This document shows, piece after piece, positions 15,734-31,096 of a DNA stretch of 64,000 bases. The notes under the pieces were generated by a model that saw nothing but the letters and a program-made list of their open reading frames with translations, made no database searches and was not told the origin of the DNA. Position 1 is the stretch's first letter; the number at the start of each line of letters is the position of its first letter. Made by a program: the position numbers and the translations under genes. The stretch covers positions 45,694,001 through 45,758,000 of the forward strand of contig OZ024748.1 in the NCBI GenBank assembly GCA_964016885.1, written 5' to 3'. Source of the stretch: Eledone cirrhosa (taxonomy: Eukaryota).

Positions 15734-16212
15734 AATAAATAATGAATGAATATTACATAATTTATGTGCTAAATTCCGTGGCTGTTTATTAAATATATTT
15801 TATAGCTTAATCTTTAAAATTCACTTCTTTAAAATTATCAAATGTCAACACTTCCGGTTAGCAGCCGTTATATTATAACACTTATGATCGCATATATTTC
15901 CGTCGCTAATTTTCTCCTAATGGAGTTTATATATATTGGCGTCTTTTTTAAAAATATATCATGAGTACAGAAGACAGTATAACATAGGCTTAGTTCAATT
16001 TCTGTGTATATTGTCAATTACGTATCATAATTACGTAATATATTTACATGCATATATATTTGTGTATAATATCAATATACACACTACACATGCTAGCAGA
16101 AAACCACCCGTGGGGTGGTTTTTCTGCTAGTAATACTAATAATAAAACCCTTGCCAACGAAATAATAATAATAATAAAACCCTTGCCAACGAAATAGTAA
16201 TAATAATAAAAC

Positions 16213-16401
16213 TAATTGTTTCTACTTTAGGCACAAGGCCAGCAATTACCCAGTGCATTACTGGTACTTTATTTTATCGACCCCGTAAGGATGAAAGGCA
16301 AAGTCAACCTCGGCGGGATTTCAACTCATATTGTAAAGGGACGTAACTATGCTGGAAATCATGGCGTCCGACCCTCTACCGATACTGCCAATCCACCGCC
16401 C
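16213..16401 (-). mobile_element. SINE copy, same family
   Basis: Full head-core-tail match to the other copies. Confidence 0.92.
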
Positions 16402-16672
16402 TGTAGTAATAAAAATAATCAGATCCGGCAAGATTCGAACCCTTTACATGTCACCCGACATTAAATACTCCATTACATTTCAGCCTCCTTATCCACCAGC
16501 CTCCTACTATTCCCACAGCAGCCTGACATCAATATAAAATCCTTCGATGGGAAATAATTGTGTAAACCGTCGACGTCAATATCTCCAAGATCCTCCATAC
16601 AACAATTATATTTAATTTAACAATTATTCACCTATTAACTCTTATTAAAACAGATTAACTTCCACAATGTTC

Positions 16673-16698
16673 AGTATGTATGTATGTATGTATGTATG

Positions 16699-16732
<34 letters not shown>

Positions 16733-17000
16733 TGTATGTATGTATGTATGTATGTATGTATGTATGTATGTATGTATGTATGTGTGTATGTATGTGTGTA
16801 TGTATGTGTGTATGTATGTATGTGTATGTATGTGTGTATGTATGTATGTATGTATGTATGTGTGTATGTGTGTATGTGTGTATGTGTGTGTGTGTGTATG
16901 TGTGTATGTGTGTGTGTATGTGTGTATGTATGTGTGTATGTATGTGTGTATATATCTATGTATGTGTGTATGTGTGTGTATATATATATATATATAAACA

Positions 17001-17041
<41 letters not shown>

Positions 17042-17061
17042 ATATACATATATATATATAA

Positions 17062-17137
<76 letters not shown>

Positions 17138-17147
17138 ACACACACAC

Positions 17148-17201
<54 letters not shown>

Positions 17202-17208
17202 TTAATTG

Positions 17209-17270
<62 letters not shown>
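16673..17270. repeat. Compound microsatellite (TATG)n/(TG)n/(TA)n/(CA)n
   Basis: Direct reading. Confidence 0.98.
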
Positions 17271-17274
<4 letters not shown>

Positions 17275-17549
17275 CTTCTATCATTACATTCAGTTCAACA
17301 ATTATACTTAAAAGTTCTATTTCAGCAAAGTTTGGAGCAAGTGTGTAATATGAATTTATTGATTCGCAAATTTCAAAAATTGAAATGAAAAATGAAAATC
17401 TAATTTTAATTACCGGTAAATTTCCTATAAATGTCTAAATTTATCTTGATTATAAAACAGAAAATTATAGATTTAATTGGTAATATTGTCTAAATATTTC
17501 AGAACTAGAAATACTATATTTTAGTAATCAGAAGAAGGGAGGTAGGCGT

Positions 17550-18330
17550 AAAAGCCAAACTCGCTATCTTTAATTCGGTTTTCGTGCCAACCCTTACCTA
17601 TGATCATGAATCTTGGGTAATGACTGAAAGAATACAATCACGAATACAAGTGGCAGGACAGAAAGTAACGTTCGTAGCATGTAGATCAGAGAGTCACTTC
17701 AGGTAGAGTCACTACATCTGTGAATTGAGGGATCACAGCTCTGATACTATGGACATGTGGTTAGAATGTCTCAGGAAAGAGTCACTGGATATATATTGTA
17801 GATCAGAGAGTCACTCCAGGTAGAGCCACTACATCTGTGAATTGAGAGATCACAGCTCTGATACTATGGACATGTGGTTAGAATATCCCAGGAAAGAGTC
17901 ACTGGATATATATTGTAGATCAGAGAGTCACTCCAGGTAGAGCCACTACATCTGTAAATTGAGAGATCACAGCTCTGATACTATGGACATGGGGTTAGAA
18001 TTTCTCAGGAAAGAGTCACTGGATATATATTGTAGATCAGAGAGTCACTCCAGGTAGAGCCACTACATCTGTGAATTGAGAGATCACAGCTCTGATACTA
18101 TGGGCATGGGGTTAGAATTTCTCAGTAAAAATTCCCATGACAGATTTAACTGGAAATACAACTGGCAGGAGACCCAGTTGTAGACTCGAAAAAGATAGTT
18201 GGATAACATCCATGAGTTTGGCTGGTTTTGCTTGGGGATCCAGCTGGATCTGATGGAGAGGGTTGCTTCTGACAGGACCCTCTGGAAGGAATGTTTGAGG
18301 ACTCTGTCACCCCGACCCTCTCAACGAATA
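17550..18330 (+). mobile_element. 3' fragment of an RTE-clade (Expander/Rex3-like) LINE with an internal 117-bp tandem amplification
   Basis: Translates to KAKLAIFNSVFVPTLTYDHESWVMTERIQSRIQ, IRESLQVEPLHL*IERSQL*YYGHVVR and LDNIHEFGWFCLGIQLDLMERVASDRTLWKECLRTLSPRP, resembling the Expander/Rex3 ORF C-terminus. Confidence 0.85.
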
Positions 18331-18565
18331 AATATACATACATTATACATAAATAAATATATACATACATACGTACATCGATACATACATACATGCCTAC
18401 ACACATATACATGTATGTATATACATTGGAACGTCCATCTATGCATGCATCCATACATCCATATATACACACATTCGTACATACACACACACATACAAAG
18501 ATTCGATAACAAAATCGTGCATATATATATACATATACATATGCATGTATGTACAAATATATATA

Positions 18566-19460
18566 CAACCAAACCCCGAGGTATATACGCAAATATACCA
18601 CGAGTGTAGGGGAACATATTTATGATTATACAACCATATATACACATATTCATATATACATTCACTCACACACTCATGCATACATATACATACACATACA
18701 TACACAAATATATACATCCAACGATGAGCTATATACGCAAATATGGTACGAGTGTAGAAACTTTTATGATATTTATACATCCATATATACACATATTCAT
18801 ACATACATGCACACATACATACATTCAGAGTTTTAATGATGCATGCATATAGACATGCATGTATGTACACAAATATATACAAACAAACCATGAGGTGTAT
18901 AAGCAAATATGATACGAATGTAGAGGTAACATTTTATGATATTTATACATCCATATATACACACATTCATACATACACACACACATACAAATATATATAT
19001 ATATATGCATGTTTATACACAAATATATATATCCAACTATGAGCTATATACTTCAAATATGATACGAGTGTAGAGGAAACTTTTATGATATTTATACATC
19101 CATATATACACATTCATACATAAATACACGCAGATTTACATACATTCACAGACATATTCTTACATACATATACACTTGCATGTATATACAACCAAACCAT
19201 GAGGTATATACGCAAATATAATACGAGCGTAAAGGAACATTTTCATGATATTTATACATACATATATACACATATTAAAACACAGATATACAAAATATAT
19301 ACAACTACAACCAAACCGTATATACGCAAATGTGATTCAAGTGTAAAGGAACATGTTTATGATATTTATACATCCATATATAAACATATACAAAAATATA
19401 TACACCTACAACCAAACCAAATGTGATGCGAGTGTACGGAAAATGTTTATGGTATTTATA
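18566..19460. repeat. Degenerate tandem array: ~75-bp conserved block separated by variable CA/TA-rich spacers, ~7 units
   Basis: Variants of the block GAGGTATATACGCAAATATGATACGAGTGTAGAGGAACATTTTATGATATTTATACATCC at ~18566, 18716, 18881, 19031, 19188, 19307 and 19408. Confidence 0.85.
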
Positions 19461-19733
19461 ACGGCAAATTTTTAGAGTACGGAACGAAAGATAACACAGT
19501 AAAAACACAATAAGGACAACAAAAAGGTGCGTGTGAAACAATTTGTGTAGCCTTTATCTAAGCACATCTCATGGAAAAAGACGAGATCTTTCTAGAACAT
19601 ATTGTAGTCAATTGTTGGCAGCCTTTGCTGTGAAATTAAACAACACCAAGATGGCGACCACTCGTCCTTTGTCTTGAAACAATTTCAACCTGTTCCGATT
19701 ATATGGATATATGTATGTAAGTATGTATATATG

Positions 19734-19815
<82 letters not shown>

Positions 19816-19841
19816 AAAGTATGTCCATAGAATCATTTGAT

Positions 19842-19939
<98 letters not shown>

Positions 19940-19982
19940 GTATACATACTTACATACATATATAGGATAAATTTTATACAAA

Positions 19983-20022
<40 letters not shown>

Positions 20023-20260
20023 CGTATATATATATATATACATATATACGTGTTTGTGGTGTGTTTGTGTGTGTGCTTTTGTATTTCCTTTATCCGATTT
20101 ACTAAATGTTTTCAGCATCATTTCTGTATCATATAAACATATATATCTGCCTATATATTGATTTATGTAACTATATATATGCACGCCTACTTACATAAAC
20201 AAATGTATACATAGACGCAGAAATGCAATACATACCTCCACACACACACACATATATATA

Positions 20261-20865
20261 TGGTGGCTGCCAACTCGTTTTCGAGTACGGCCACTACTTT
20301 ATATGTAGGAGAACCCCTACCGATGCGCTGAACGAGTGTGAATTTTTAGTCCAGCCAGCGACTTGAACACTCTGGTACAAACACTACACTTGTGACAATT
20401 ATTGACACATAGTGCTGGGCCCATGGTACCATGTGATGACAAGTGCAGAGAGATCTCCAGATACAAAGCAATGCCTGTGCCGTGAAGCTTTTATAGTGAG
20501 CAAAGGCACTGCACAAAGCCAGTCCCACTCTCTTAACCAAGATGATATTTACCAAAAAGAAGAACAAGTCAACATCATTGGATACCATCAGGGTTGCAGG
20601 TGTTATATCAGAGTTTTCCTTCTCATAGAATTCTGCCTTGACAAAGGCTAATGGGTCATCTCTCCCGGTGATTTTGGATGGCCATTGACTCTTAAGAGCT
20701 CCTTTGCCCTTTGACAGGTTTTGTTTTTAGTCCTGCAGGATGTCCAAAGTCACCCTCCTCACCAAGAAACCTTGGTGGGGTCGCCAGTTTAGTCGCCAAC
20801 GACCCGAACATGAGACAGGTTGTACTGGGATACATGTTACCAGTAGCACCAAGTGGTGACCTGAC
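20261..20865 (-). mobile_element. ~600-bp non-autonomous RTE-derived retroposon (5'UTR-like part fused to LINE 3' end); longest copy in the window
   Basis: Three further copies at 47575-47781, 47877-48269 and 50302-50851. Contains the GAGAAGGAAAACTCTGA motif recalled from RTE 5'UTRs and a terminal C2H2 remnant (HKCNVCTRVFKSLAGLKSHTRSAHR* in the 47575 copy) as in RTE/BovB-type ORF ends. All copies share the 3' end GAGTTGGCAGCCACCA. Confidence 0.75.
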
Positions 20866-20912
<47 letters not shown>

Positions 20913-20948
20913 TTACATACGCAGTTATAAACCATTGACATTAATCAA

Positions 20949-21130
20949 ATAATTGTTTCTACTTTTAGCACAAGGCCAGCAATTACCCAGTACATTACTG
21001 GTACTTTATTTTATCGACCCCGTAAGGATGAAAGGCAAAGTTAACCTCGGCGGGATCTGAACTCAGACTGTAAAGGGACGTAACTATGCTGGAAAGCATG
21101 GTGTCCGACCCTCTTCGGATACTGCCAATT
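20949..21130 (-). mobile_element. SINE copy
   Basis: Match to family core and boxes. Confidence 0.92.
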
Positions 21131-21157
21131 CCTAAACAATCACGAGATGATATTGAG

Positions 21158-21265
<108 letters not shown>

Positions 21266-21294
21266 TTGTATATGCATATATATATATATATTCA

Positions 21295-21366
<72 letters not shown>

Positions 21367-21370
<4 letters not shown>

Positions 21371-21487
21371 AAAAAGTATGACCCCGACGGCAGTGTTCAA
21401 GCCGTTTCGACGGCTATTTCTGGACTCAGTCCAGAAATACCTGTCGAAACGGCTTGAGCTCTGCCGTCGGGGTCATAATTTTTCCTA
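21367..21487. repeat. Near-perfect ~120-bp palindrome
   Basis: TAGGAAAAAGTATGACCCCGACGGCAG...TTTCTGGACT-C-AGTCCAGAAA...CTGCCGTCGGGGTCATAATTTTTCCTA. Confidence 0.95.
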
Positions 21488-21564
21488 TTTCTCACTCTAC
21501 TACCCTAAGTATTGAGTACTCTGGAGCGTTATGGTCCATTTGGTTCCTTACCACAATTCCTTCG

Positions 21565-21599
<35 letters not shown>

Positions 21600-21622
21600 G
21601 TTGAAAAGGTAACACAACTAGA

Positions 21623-21669
<47 letters not shown>

Positions 21670-22215
21670 TGTGCCATCAATAAAACAGGGAAAACCACCA
21701 GTGTATGGAATCTATAATCTATGGAAGGCAGGGTAGACACACAATAAATAAAAATATAAATTAAAATGTATATACGTACCTCTATAACTATATAACACAC
21801 ACGTACAAATCCAAAGGGATCTGTTTCGCCAGGAAGTTGTTGACTGAAATGGAATAGCCTATGGTTCATCAGCGCGTGCAAGGCCATACATTCCAGACAA
21901 CTCTAAGAGAATCTAAAGCGACCGTCCAGTTACACGCGACAGAGAGATGTGACAGTGTGTTTAGGGCAGTGAACCAGTGGTATTTGAGGGACCAGCTGCT
22001 AGAAAGGGCAGCCCAAAAACCAATCAAAGAAGTGTGCTCAACCAAACAGAGAGAGAGGAAAGACTGTTATAAGGAGCGAAATATCACGATAAATTAACGG
22101 AGCCATAGACTCTCGTTATTCCCTGTCAATAATGTGCTTTAAAATGAATATCCCTTTTGCTTATAAATAGCTCATTTAATATTGAGCACTTTAAACTATA
22201 ACTGATTGCAAAATA

Positions 22216-25800
<3,585 letters not shown>

Positions 25801-25812
25801 CTTATTAAATAT

Positions 25813-25857
<45 letters not shown>

Positions 25858-25962
25858 TACATATATATATATATACACATATATGCATATACAGATATAA
25901 ATATATATATGTTATATATATATATATTGTATATATATATATATCGTATATATATATAAATG

Positions 25963-26014
<52 letters not shown>

Positions 26015-26038
26015 GTTATATAATATATATATATATAT

Positions 26039-26140
<102 letters not shown>

Positions 26141-26279
26141 AATGTAATCTAAGTTTTTCGAATATTAATAATAACATTCGATTCGTTTGCAATTATGCAA
26201 ACAAGCCTCATGAACGGAAAATAGCAATGAACGGAAAATAGCGAACATAAACGTCATCAATGTTCGTCAGAATGTCGTA

Positions 26280-26525
26280 ATCAGACAGCCAGGCATACAG
26301 ACAGATATTATAAGGGCGCAACGGAGATGGATAACTGGCGCCTAAGACCCCTTTAACAACAGAAAATTGAAAAATAAAAGCTGCAGTTAATATCTTTAGA
26401 CCGCGAGGAATATATAAATAAAAGTTTGAAGTCAATCGGAGTAGAAATGTGAATATGTATCGACTTTGCAAAAATGAGTACACACACACACAGACAACTA
26501 CAGTTTTCTATATATGTATAGATAG
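26280..26525 (+). mobile_element. Possible non-autonomous Helentron/DINE-like fragment
   Basis: Terminal pattern AAGTTTGAAGTCAATCGG...(CA)n CAGACA...TATATGTATAGAT; recognised from memory only. Confidence 0.35.
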
Positions 26526-26548
26526 ATAAACATATATTTATTTTTAGA

Positions 26549-27411
26549 ACAGATTAGAAAGTTAAACAATCATTTTAAAAACAAATAACGAAACGAAATT
26601 AAATTTCGTTTCGTTTGTAACTCACTTTTGTATGACTGACGCTTAAACAATTAAGTTAAAAATGTACATCCACATATGTATACTGAAATACTAGTATGCA
26701 TATGAATACACACACGTATACATATGTAGATGTACCGAGTTTTTCACTAGTCACTTTACTGTGAGTGTCCAGCTATTCTGTATGTAAACACACAGACAAA
26801 CCGGTTTTTAGAGTCATACTGGTTTTTGAGGAAACACCTTTCCTCTATTCTCCAGAAAGCCAGACAAGGAATATTGAACTAGTTTCGATGTTGTTACATC
26901 TCATCAGCAATATTTACCTATCTTCCGGCCTTTCTAGAGAATCGTAAAAGCACATATCGTTATATGCTTTTTCTATGAAAATTAGTAGTGGGCAGACTAA
27001 TTTGCATAGAGCGTGAGTACGTACCGGTTCAACGGAGACGATAAAAACAAATAACGAAACAAAATTAAATTTCGTTTCGTTTGGAACTCACTTTTGTATG
27101 ACTGACGCTTAAACAATTAAGTTAAAAATGTACAATCATTTTAAGTTTTCTCCCTAAAGCGGGATCTTCACGATCTGAAAAATAACAATCTCTGGACGCA
27201 GAAGTAAATATTCCAAAACCCATTACGGCCAAATAATGTCTTTGGAAAATAGAAAGGCATAATATCTTCATCTGTTACTGTCATGTCTTTCAGTTTCCAA
27301 AGGCAATATTTGGTCGCAATTTCATTGTGTTCACAGATTGGTATTTCTCAGTTTCAGAAGATCCCGCTTGAGGGAGAAAGCAGAAATTGTTTGCTTACTC
27401 CTCTAATCTGT
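26549..27411. mobile_element. MITE (ACAGATTA-type TIR family) interrupted by a ~560-bp insertion
   Basis: The left TIR ACAGATTAG...TTTTCTCCCTAAAGCGGGATCTTC is split at 26578/27132; the right TIR is GAAGATCCCGCTTGAGGGAGAAAG...CTAATCTGT. A related intact element lies at 63245-63528 and a half copy at 28131-28183. Confidence 0.7.
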
Positions 27412-27486
27412 GGTAATAGCCACCACAACACCGAACACACAAACACACACACACACACACATATATATATAATGTATATATTTATA

Positions 27487-27563
<77 letters not shown>

Positions 27564-27589
27564 ATTAGAATTGTAGCTCTGAAATAGCA

Positions 27590-28110
27590 ATATATATATG
27601 GATGTAAATATAATGTATTTTGCAATACACTTTATGCTTAATTAAAAGCATTTTGAAGACCGTAAGCTATTGTTTTAAAGTAGTGACAAATTCACTCACT
27701 TCGATCTCAGCAAACAGGAGGAGATAAGCCGACATGACATGTTTCGCTTTTGTTGAAGCTTATCAAGGCCAACTACCCCGCCCGTCTACTGAGATCAATG
27801 ATCTATTTCAGAGCTACAATTCTAATTTATAATTTCTGCCTGACCAACAACCGCTCTGCATAATCAGCTCCTGATTATTTACTAGATTTCTATAAGAATA
27901 TAACATCATTGATCTCAGTAGACGGGCGGGGTAGTTGGCCTTGATAAGCTTCAACAAAAGCGAAACATGTCATATCGGCTTATCTCCTGTTTGCTGAGAT
28001 CGAAGTGAGTGAATTTGTCACTACTTTAAAACAATAGCTTACGGTCTTCAAAATGCTTTTAATTAAGCATAAAGTGTATTGCAAAATACATTATATTTAC
28101 ATCCATATAT
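27590..28110. repeat. Inverted repeat with ~210-bp arms and ~100-bp spacer; each arm carries a hammerhead-like motif (family C)
   Basis: 27590-27802 is the reverse complement of 27905-28110 with few differences. Confidence 0.95.
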
Positions 28111-28184
28111 ATATATATATTTATTTATTATAAGAACAGATTAAAGTTGAAGCAAAGAATCGCTGCTTTCACGCTTAACGGGTT

Positions 28185-28217
<33 letters not shown>

Positions 28218-28236
28218 GTATATATGTATATCTATC

Positions 28237-28275
<39 letters not shown>

Positions 28276-28337
28276 GTATATATGTATATCTCTATATATA
28301 TGTATATATATATATATATAAACCTGTTGGAGACGTA

Positions 28338-28410
28338 GGACATGGCAGCGATAATGAGGTACAGAGACCGCTGGAGAGAACTCGTCTATGGATCTCGGGA
28401 ATTTTACCCG

Positions 28411-28414
<4 letters not shown>
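28338..28414 (+). mobile_element. Short 3'-end fragment of the same RTE-type LINE as 29331-29760
   Basis: GGACATGGCAGCGATAATGA...GGATCTCGGGAATTTTACCCGCC shared with 29670-29745. Confidence 0.85.
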
Positions 28415-28479
<65 letters not shown>

Positions 28480-28481
28480 CA

Positions 28482-28516
<35 letters not shown>

Positions 28517-28627
28517 GTAGAGTTATCCACTCATAATAATACCCTGCAATGATTAAGCTCAAAGTAAAAGAACAACGTGGTCTTGCTACCTTGTAATTCT
28601 AAACACACATTTTACTGTGTTCATTCC

Positions 28628-28711
<84 letters not shown>

Positions 28712-28808
28712 CACGTATTTGGTCCATGTAGCGCTTCCCAGCATAACTAGGATATTGCGTTTCGCTTTGTTTTCGACAACAGCCGAAATCGGATCTCGCT
28801 GGAATTAC

Positions 28809-28903
<95 letters not shown>

Positions 28904-28959
28904 GAGGTTATATTTAATTTGTTGGGATTCAACAAGCTTAAAAGACTACCCACCAAATT

Positions 28960-29270
28960 TCAACCGTTAAGGTTATCTTTTTTCCGGGTATGTCAATATT
29001 TATTTATAAAACAAATCTGTATTTATCTGATGAAAGAGCACCATAATTTACCTTGGTCGCCCTTGAAATATATATAATTGTTTCTACTTTAGGCACAAGG
29101 CCAGCAATTACCCAGTACATTACTGGTACTTTATTTTATCGACCCCGTAAGGATGAAAGGCAAAGTTAACCTCGGCGGGATTTGAACTCAGACTGTAAAG
29201 AGAGGACGTAACTATGCGAAATATATATAATAAAATAAATATGGTATTATAAATAAAGTATCCATTTATG
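28960..29270 (+). mobile_element. Penelope family A terminal fragment with hammerhead, interrupted by a 5'-truncated SINE (29079-29217, minus strand)
   Basis: Homologous to 25655-25800; CTGATGA at 29027 and GAAA at 29065; 14-bp duplication GAAATATATATAAT at 29065-29078 and 29218-29231. Confidence 0.85.
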
Positions 29271-29277
29271 AATATAT

Positions 29278-29330
<53 letters not shown>

Positions 29331-29333
<3 letters not shown>

Positions 29334-29759
29334 GGGGCTCCCAAAGGAGCACTGAGTGCAATCTCAACTCTGGATGTCGGTGAGCATGTCCAGCTAACCT
29401 CAGTCTCCTCTGTGTCACTTTTGAGCTGACTTTTGGGATGCTCCCATACAGCTCTGAGTTTTTCATCCTCAGTGTATAATGATTAATGTTCAGAGCCAAC
29501 CTCAGCATTATCGTGTAGCACCCATCCACCTTCTGAGTGAGTTTCTTGGTCAGTGTCCAAGTCTAAGACCCATACTTTGGGAGCCCCTACATGGACACAC
29601 TAGAAGTGGAAGACCAAGGTTAACGTATGTTGATGCCCTAAGGACAGACACTGGTTTATTGGAGACACAGGACATGGCAGCGATAATGAAGGACAGAGAC
29701 CGCTGGAGAGAACTCGTCCATGGATCTCGGGAATTTTACCCGCCTTAGAATAGAATAGA

Positions 29760-29760
<1 letters not shown>
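29331..29760 (+). mobile_element. 5'-inverted RTE-type LINE 3' insertion
   Basis: Minus strand 29574-29331 reads YGS*TWTLTKKLTQKVDGCYTIMLRLALNI...RRLRLAGHAHRHPE...LLWEPL; plus strand 29575-29748 reads LWEPLHGHTRSGRPRLTYVDALRTDTG...DRDRWRELV; (TAGAA)n tail. Confidence 0.9.
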
Positions 29761-29814
<54 letters not shown>

Positions 29815-29959
29815 ATATTAATAAATGGAAAATATATTTCTAAAACCATATCTATTTTATTATTTTCCATCTTGACGTAATAGTCACTTATATGTATGAA
29901 TTACTTTTGGCTTCTTGCTCACATTAATTTCTTTATTTTCATTCAGAGTATATTCAGAA

Positions 29960-31096
29960 TATATAGAGGAGCCAGAACCAAATGGGGAAAAATTGTAAAT
30001 AATGATACAAATGGGACCTGCCCCATGTATAGGAGCAAATTTTGGAAAAGAATAGAAAGAACTAGGAATAAGGTTAATAGAATAAACTCATGGTATGATA
30101 GCAATAAATACCAGAGTGTAATGTTCATCAATACAACCCCTAGAGGTGAATTAGTTTACAAATTTAGAAGGGCCCTAGATAAACTTAATATTAAGATAGT
30201 AGAAAGACCAGGTACCTCCATAAAAACACTTATTAGCAATATATACCCTTTTCAAAGACCTCCCTGTATAGAGAAGAAATTCATGATCTGTAAACAAAGC
30301 CGCCATATTAACTGTAAAACTAGAAATGTAGTATATAGCATAAGATGTACTGAAGGACAATGTAAAGATAAGAATATAGTGTACATAGGTGAGACAGCTC
30401 GTAGTATAGGGGAACGGATAAATGAACACTGGCGAGAACTTCAAGCTAGTAAAGAATCATCAATACTCCACCAACATGCTAAAATAGGACATAAGGGCAA
30501 ATTAGAGAACATAGAAATAAAAATAGAATCTACACACAGAAAAGACGCAACGTTTAGACAAATCACAGAGGCAATAAATATAAATGAACTCCAACCACAA
30601 TTAAATAGAAAACATGAATGGAATAGCAACATCACAACTTACAATTAAGGACAAAATGAAAACACACACGCACATAGAACAAACAACCAACCAGTAACAT
30701 GTAAATAAACAAATAAATAAACAAATATAAACACACACAGACACCCGGATGTAACACATACGCAAACTAAGCACACAACAAACACAAAAACAAGATGGCG
30801 TAAGACAGAACAAAGGTGAGGCATACAAACAAAGAAAAGAATCCCTAGTCACTGAAGAGGTAACAGAATGTGTGACGAAAGAACTTTGACCATATATGAA
30901 CAACCGTCTGGTTATGGACCCAACCAACCGGAAATTTATAAATTCATAAATTTATAAATTTTATTTATAATAAATTGGAGTGAAAGCATCTGGTGCGTGT
31001 GTTTCTTATTGGCAACATGACCCTCCCAAAGTATAACAATATCGGTTTCAACACACGTTTTCAGATAAAGAATCTTGCGAAACAAATTCAGAAACG

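Noticed and set aside
18566-19460. CRISPR-like repeat-spacer pattern
   Set aside because: Eukaryotic context, degenerate long repeats, low-complexity spacers and no cas genes
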